Assembly: GCA_013115125.1 (NCBI GenBank)
Contig: JABANN010000403.1
Location: 1-32,420 of the forward strand
DNA: 32,420 nt
DNA from: Perkinsus olseni
Lineage: Eukaryota
Direction of reading: 5' to 3'
In this document: positions 30,301-32,420 of the stretch, one piece after another
Numbering within the stretch: the first letter of the stretch is position 1
How the letters are laid out: the number at the start of each line of letters is the position of its first letter
Position numbers and translations under genes: made by a program
The notes under the pieces: generated by a model
The model's input: the letters and a program-made list of their open reading frames with translations, nothing else
The model's database searches: none
Told to the model about the DNA's origin: nothing

Positions 30301-31891
30301 GCCTCGAAGACAGGCAGGAGATGGGCCGGCTTCCGCGTTATTTCCCTCCGTCCCTCATCTTCCTTCTTCACGGTTACGTCCCAGAAGTTGATCATTTGGT
30401 CCTTTCCCGCGGATATTAGGGTCTGGAGAGAATTTCGTGGCGAGTGACGATTTCCTCTGGTTGAGCCTACCTCTCCATGAGGTCCTCCGATCTCCAGTGC
30501 AGTGATAGAAGACTGATGATCTCGCAGTATCTTAACGTGGGTTCAATCCCCGGCGGCCGCATTTTCGCTTATACTACCATTTGGCACTGTGGGCCTCCTT
30601 TCCTGCCTCCGGCCGCTGCCGCTTGAACCAGGTCCCACACTCTTATTTCGAAGTCATCACCCGCCGAGGCCACCCTAGCCTGGTTCGGCAGGAAGCGTAC
30701 GTGAGAGACCGGGGCGTTGTGCCCTCGCAAGTGGTGAGTGCCTGGGGAAAGGCAGATGCTACCGCGGTCAAAATCGGAATTAGCCGTACAGAAGTATCCC
30801 GGGATGTCCCAGACCTTGACGCTGTTGTCCACGCCACCAGTGACCACCAGCCCTCCCGAGGAATCGAAGTCCATGCAGGTGACGACACTCTGCGACGACG
30901 CCCAGCTTCGGAGGAGTTGGGCTTGCAACTTCTGTCCACTGGCGTCCGGAGCGGCCCTGGTAGTAATGAGCCAATGCCTGAGGAGCTGGGACCGGCCGGC
31001 CGTGACGATCATGGCAACTACTTCACCACCGCCCGAATCTGAGCAGGACCAGTACTGTGAAGGGGAGTAGATAGACCGTAGAACTGGACGGTTTCGCAGC
31101 CGCAGAGAGGCCGGGACTTCAACGCGTCCAATACATTCCGAGAGGGGTGCTAGCCTCCGGCGTAGGTGACCTTGAGGGTCTTTCATCACCGAGGAGAGGG
31201 TGCTTGGCAATGGTGGTGAAACTCGGCAGGGGCAAACTCGACATCACGAAAACGTCGTTAGGTTTCGTGGAACCTCGAGGGCGACCCAAGACACCGTCAA
31301 GTGCCCCTTTCCATGGCATCTCCGACACTACTACATCTGTCATTTCCCGCCGGTCAAACTAGGACCCCTATCAGTCGGTTTAAGAGCCTTTTTCGCCTCG
31401 GAAGGCTTCACTTTGCTCGAAGCCGGGAAATTTTGAGAAATGACGTGTAAAAAGTCGGAGGTGACCATTTTATTGAAGCCAAAACCCTATTCTCTCTCAA
31501 GTGATCAATGTTTTGATATTATCGTCAAATGGTATAGCCCCGCCCTCTCCCCTGGTCTTATTACTCTGAGCACCGGCCCGTCGTAGGGTGGCATCGTTGG
31601 TGTCATGCACAGCAAAGGTTGTGATACCATCATTCTCTACTTCGATCTCACATTCCACCTCACCACTGCTTGGGTCCACTACTCTCACCTAGCACAATGA
31701 CAGTAGCCGACACTCCGCCCCCTCCCTGCTACTACTACCCCTTCTGAGCATAGGGAGTACACCTTGCCCGACCCAGCCCCGTAGAGGATGCGGCCACCCG
31801 TGTAGAAGCTGGATATGGTACGGGAGACCCTGAAGGACTCGGCCAGAGTGCCTCCTGCTGCTGCTGCCGGCTTGTCGGCTGTAGAGGCCAT
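27367..31891 (-). CDS. UTP13: U3 snoRNA-associated protein 13 / transducin beta-like 3 (WD40 repeats plus Utp13 C-terminal domain; many exons)
   Basis: N-terminal SFRVSRTISSFYTGG. WD repeats include GGVDNSVKVWD...THHLRGH, IMGDLDEV, LTGSKDQTARLW, VAHLKSANDVQCAPNDKLIASAGQDK, GHRRGVWGVDFSPVDK, EGHDDRVWSMD and TGGADSKLLLWEDCT. The C-terminal region reads KHKEALDLALKLRRP...FVAYGAKHLRRL, with the stop at 27367-27369. Confidence 0.93.
28346..28376 (+). other. tRNA-like 3' fragment (variable region, B-box/T-loop) inside a UTP13 intron, antisense to the host
   Basis: GAGGTCCCTGGTTCGAATCCCAGGCCCGACA contains a perfect B-box GGTTCGAATCC (28355-28365) and lies in intron 28324-28382. No D-arm or anticodon arm. 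Confidence 0.55.
30537..30565 (+). other. tRNA-like 3' fragment (T-arm, acceptor strand, TTTT) inside a UTP13 intron, antisense to the host
   Basis: GTGGGTTCAATCCCCGG-CGGCCGC-A-TTTT in intron 30531-30577. The spacing matches T-loop, 5-nt stem strand, 7-nt acceptor strand, discriminator and Pol III terminator. Confidence 0.55.
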
Positions 31892-32420
31892 TCAGTTGGG
31901 AAGCAACCTTATGAGGAGGTTAGAGGGACTTGAGAGCGGGGATCGCCTGTATGGGACGTAGGCCGGAGACGAGGAGGAAACCCGCGCAGGTTCTATTCTC
32001 AGGACTGACATTTTTAATTCCGACGCTTCGAATCACTTCACCACGCAAAGGCCTACGTTGTCTGGTTTGGCTGGCTACTGGTGGACCCCGGCCTCTAGCC
32101 ACCACCGCCAGCGTCCTGAAAGTAAATTTGAAGTGGAGTATATCAAAAACGACTCCTCTGACGGTATGCGGGCTCACGCAGGGAGGACTGCTCCTTGGCC
32201 ACGACATGCCGCAGGGGCGCTGGGGTATCTTAGGTCGATGATGAAACATGACCTTAGAATCGCCTTGTCAAATTGGGCCCCTTAATAACGAAGTGCGCAT
32301 CGTCAATACTCGGATTTGTCATCGAAGCTCGTTCGCTAACTCGACCAAAGAAGGGGCGGTAACAGTTCCTCCTCTGGTCGAGTTTAACTGCCCTTGGCCC
32401 AAGCAGTAGGTCCTGGTGTA

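Noticed and set aside
28346-30565. Complete tRNA genes at the B-box sites
   Set aside because: No A-box/D-arm, anticodon arm or 5' acceptor strand; upstream sequence is UTP13 exon. Reported only as fragments.
31920-32420. Overlapping short ORFs upstream of UTP13
   Set aside because: No recognisable homology or consistent exon chain within the window.

Overview
This is eukaryotic, intron-rich genomic DNA with mostly 40-70 nt GT-AG introns. Its style suggests a perkinsid alveolate such as Perkinsus; that is an inference, not a database result. I reconstructed genes by manual splicing. From left to right: (1) a tandem array of three paralogous GNAT-fold acetyltransferases on the minus strand, sharing a near-identical hydrophobic leader followed by RRL. 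One copy has a premature stop, one is split by a 332-bp insertion flanked by TAA, and one looks intact. (2) Transketolase (-). (3) A multi-pass membrane protein with a GT2-like domain that seems to lack catalytic motifs (+). (4) A low-complexity hypothetical protein (+). (5) A Pumilio/PUF protein with the canonical 8-repeat code (-). (6) Two tandem TLC-domain membrane proteins (+), the second damaged. (7) A PDK/BCKDK-family kinase (+) missed by the ORF track, with a 1.17-kb intron. (8) A small intronless secreted protein (+). (9) UTP13/TBL3 (-). The most notable oddities are the signal-peptide GNAT array with homogenised leaders, the TIR-poor insertion, tRNA-like T-arm/B-box fragments lying antisense in several introns, and recurrent short inverted duplications. 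No rRNA, complete tRNA, CRISPR array or autonomous transposon ORF was seen.
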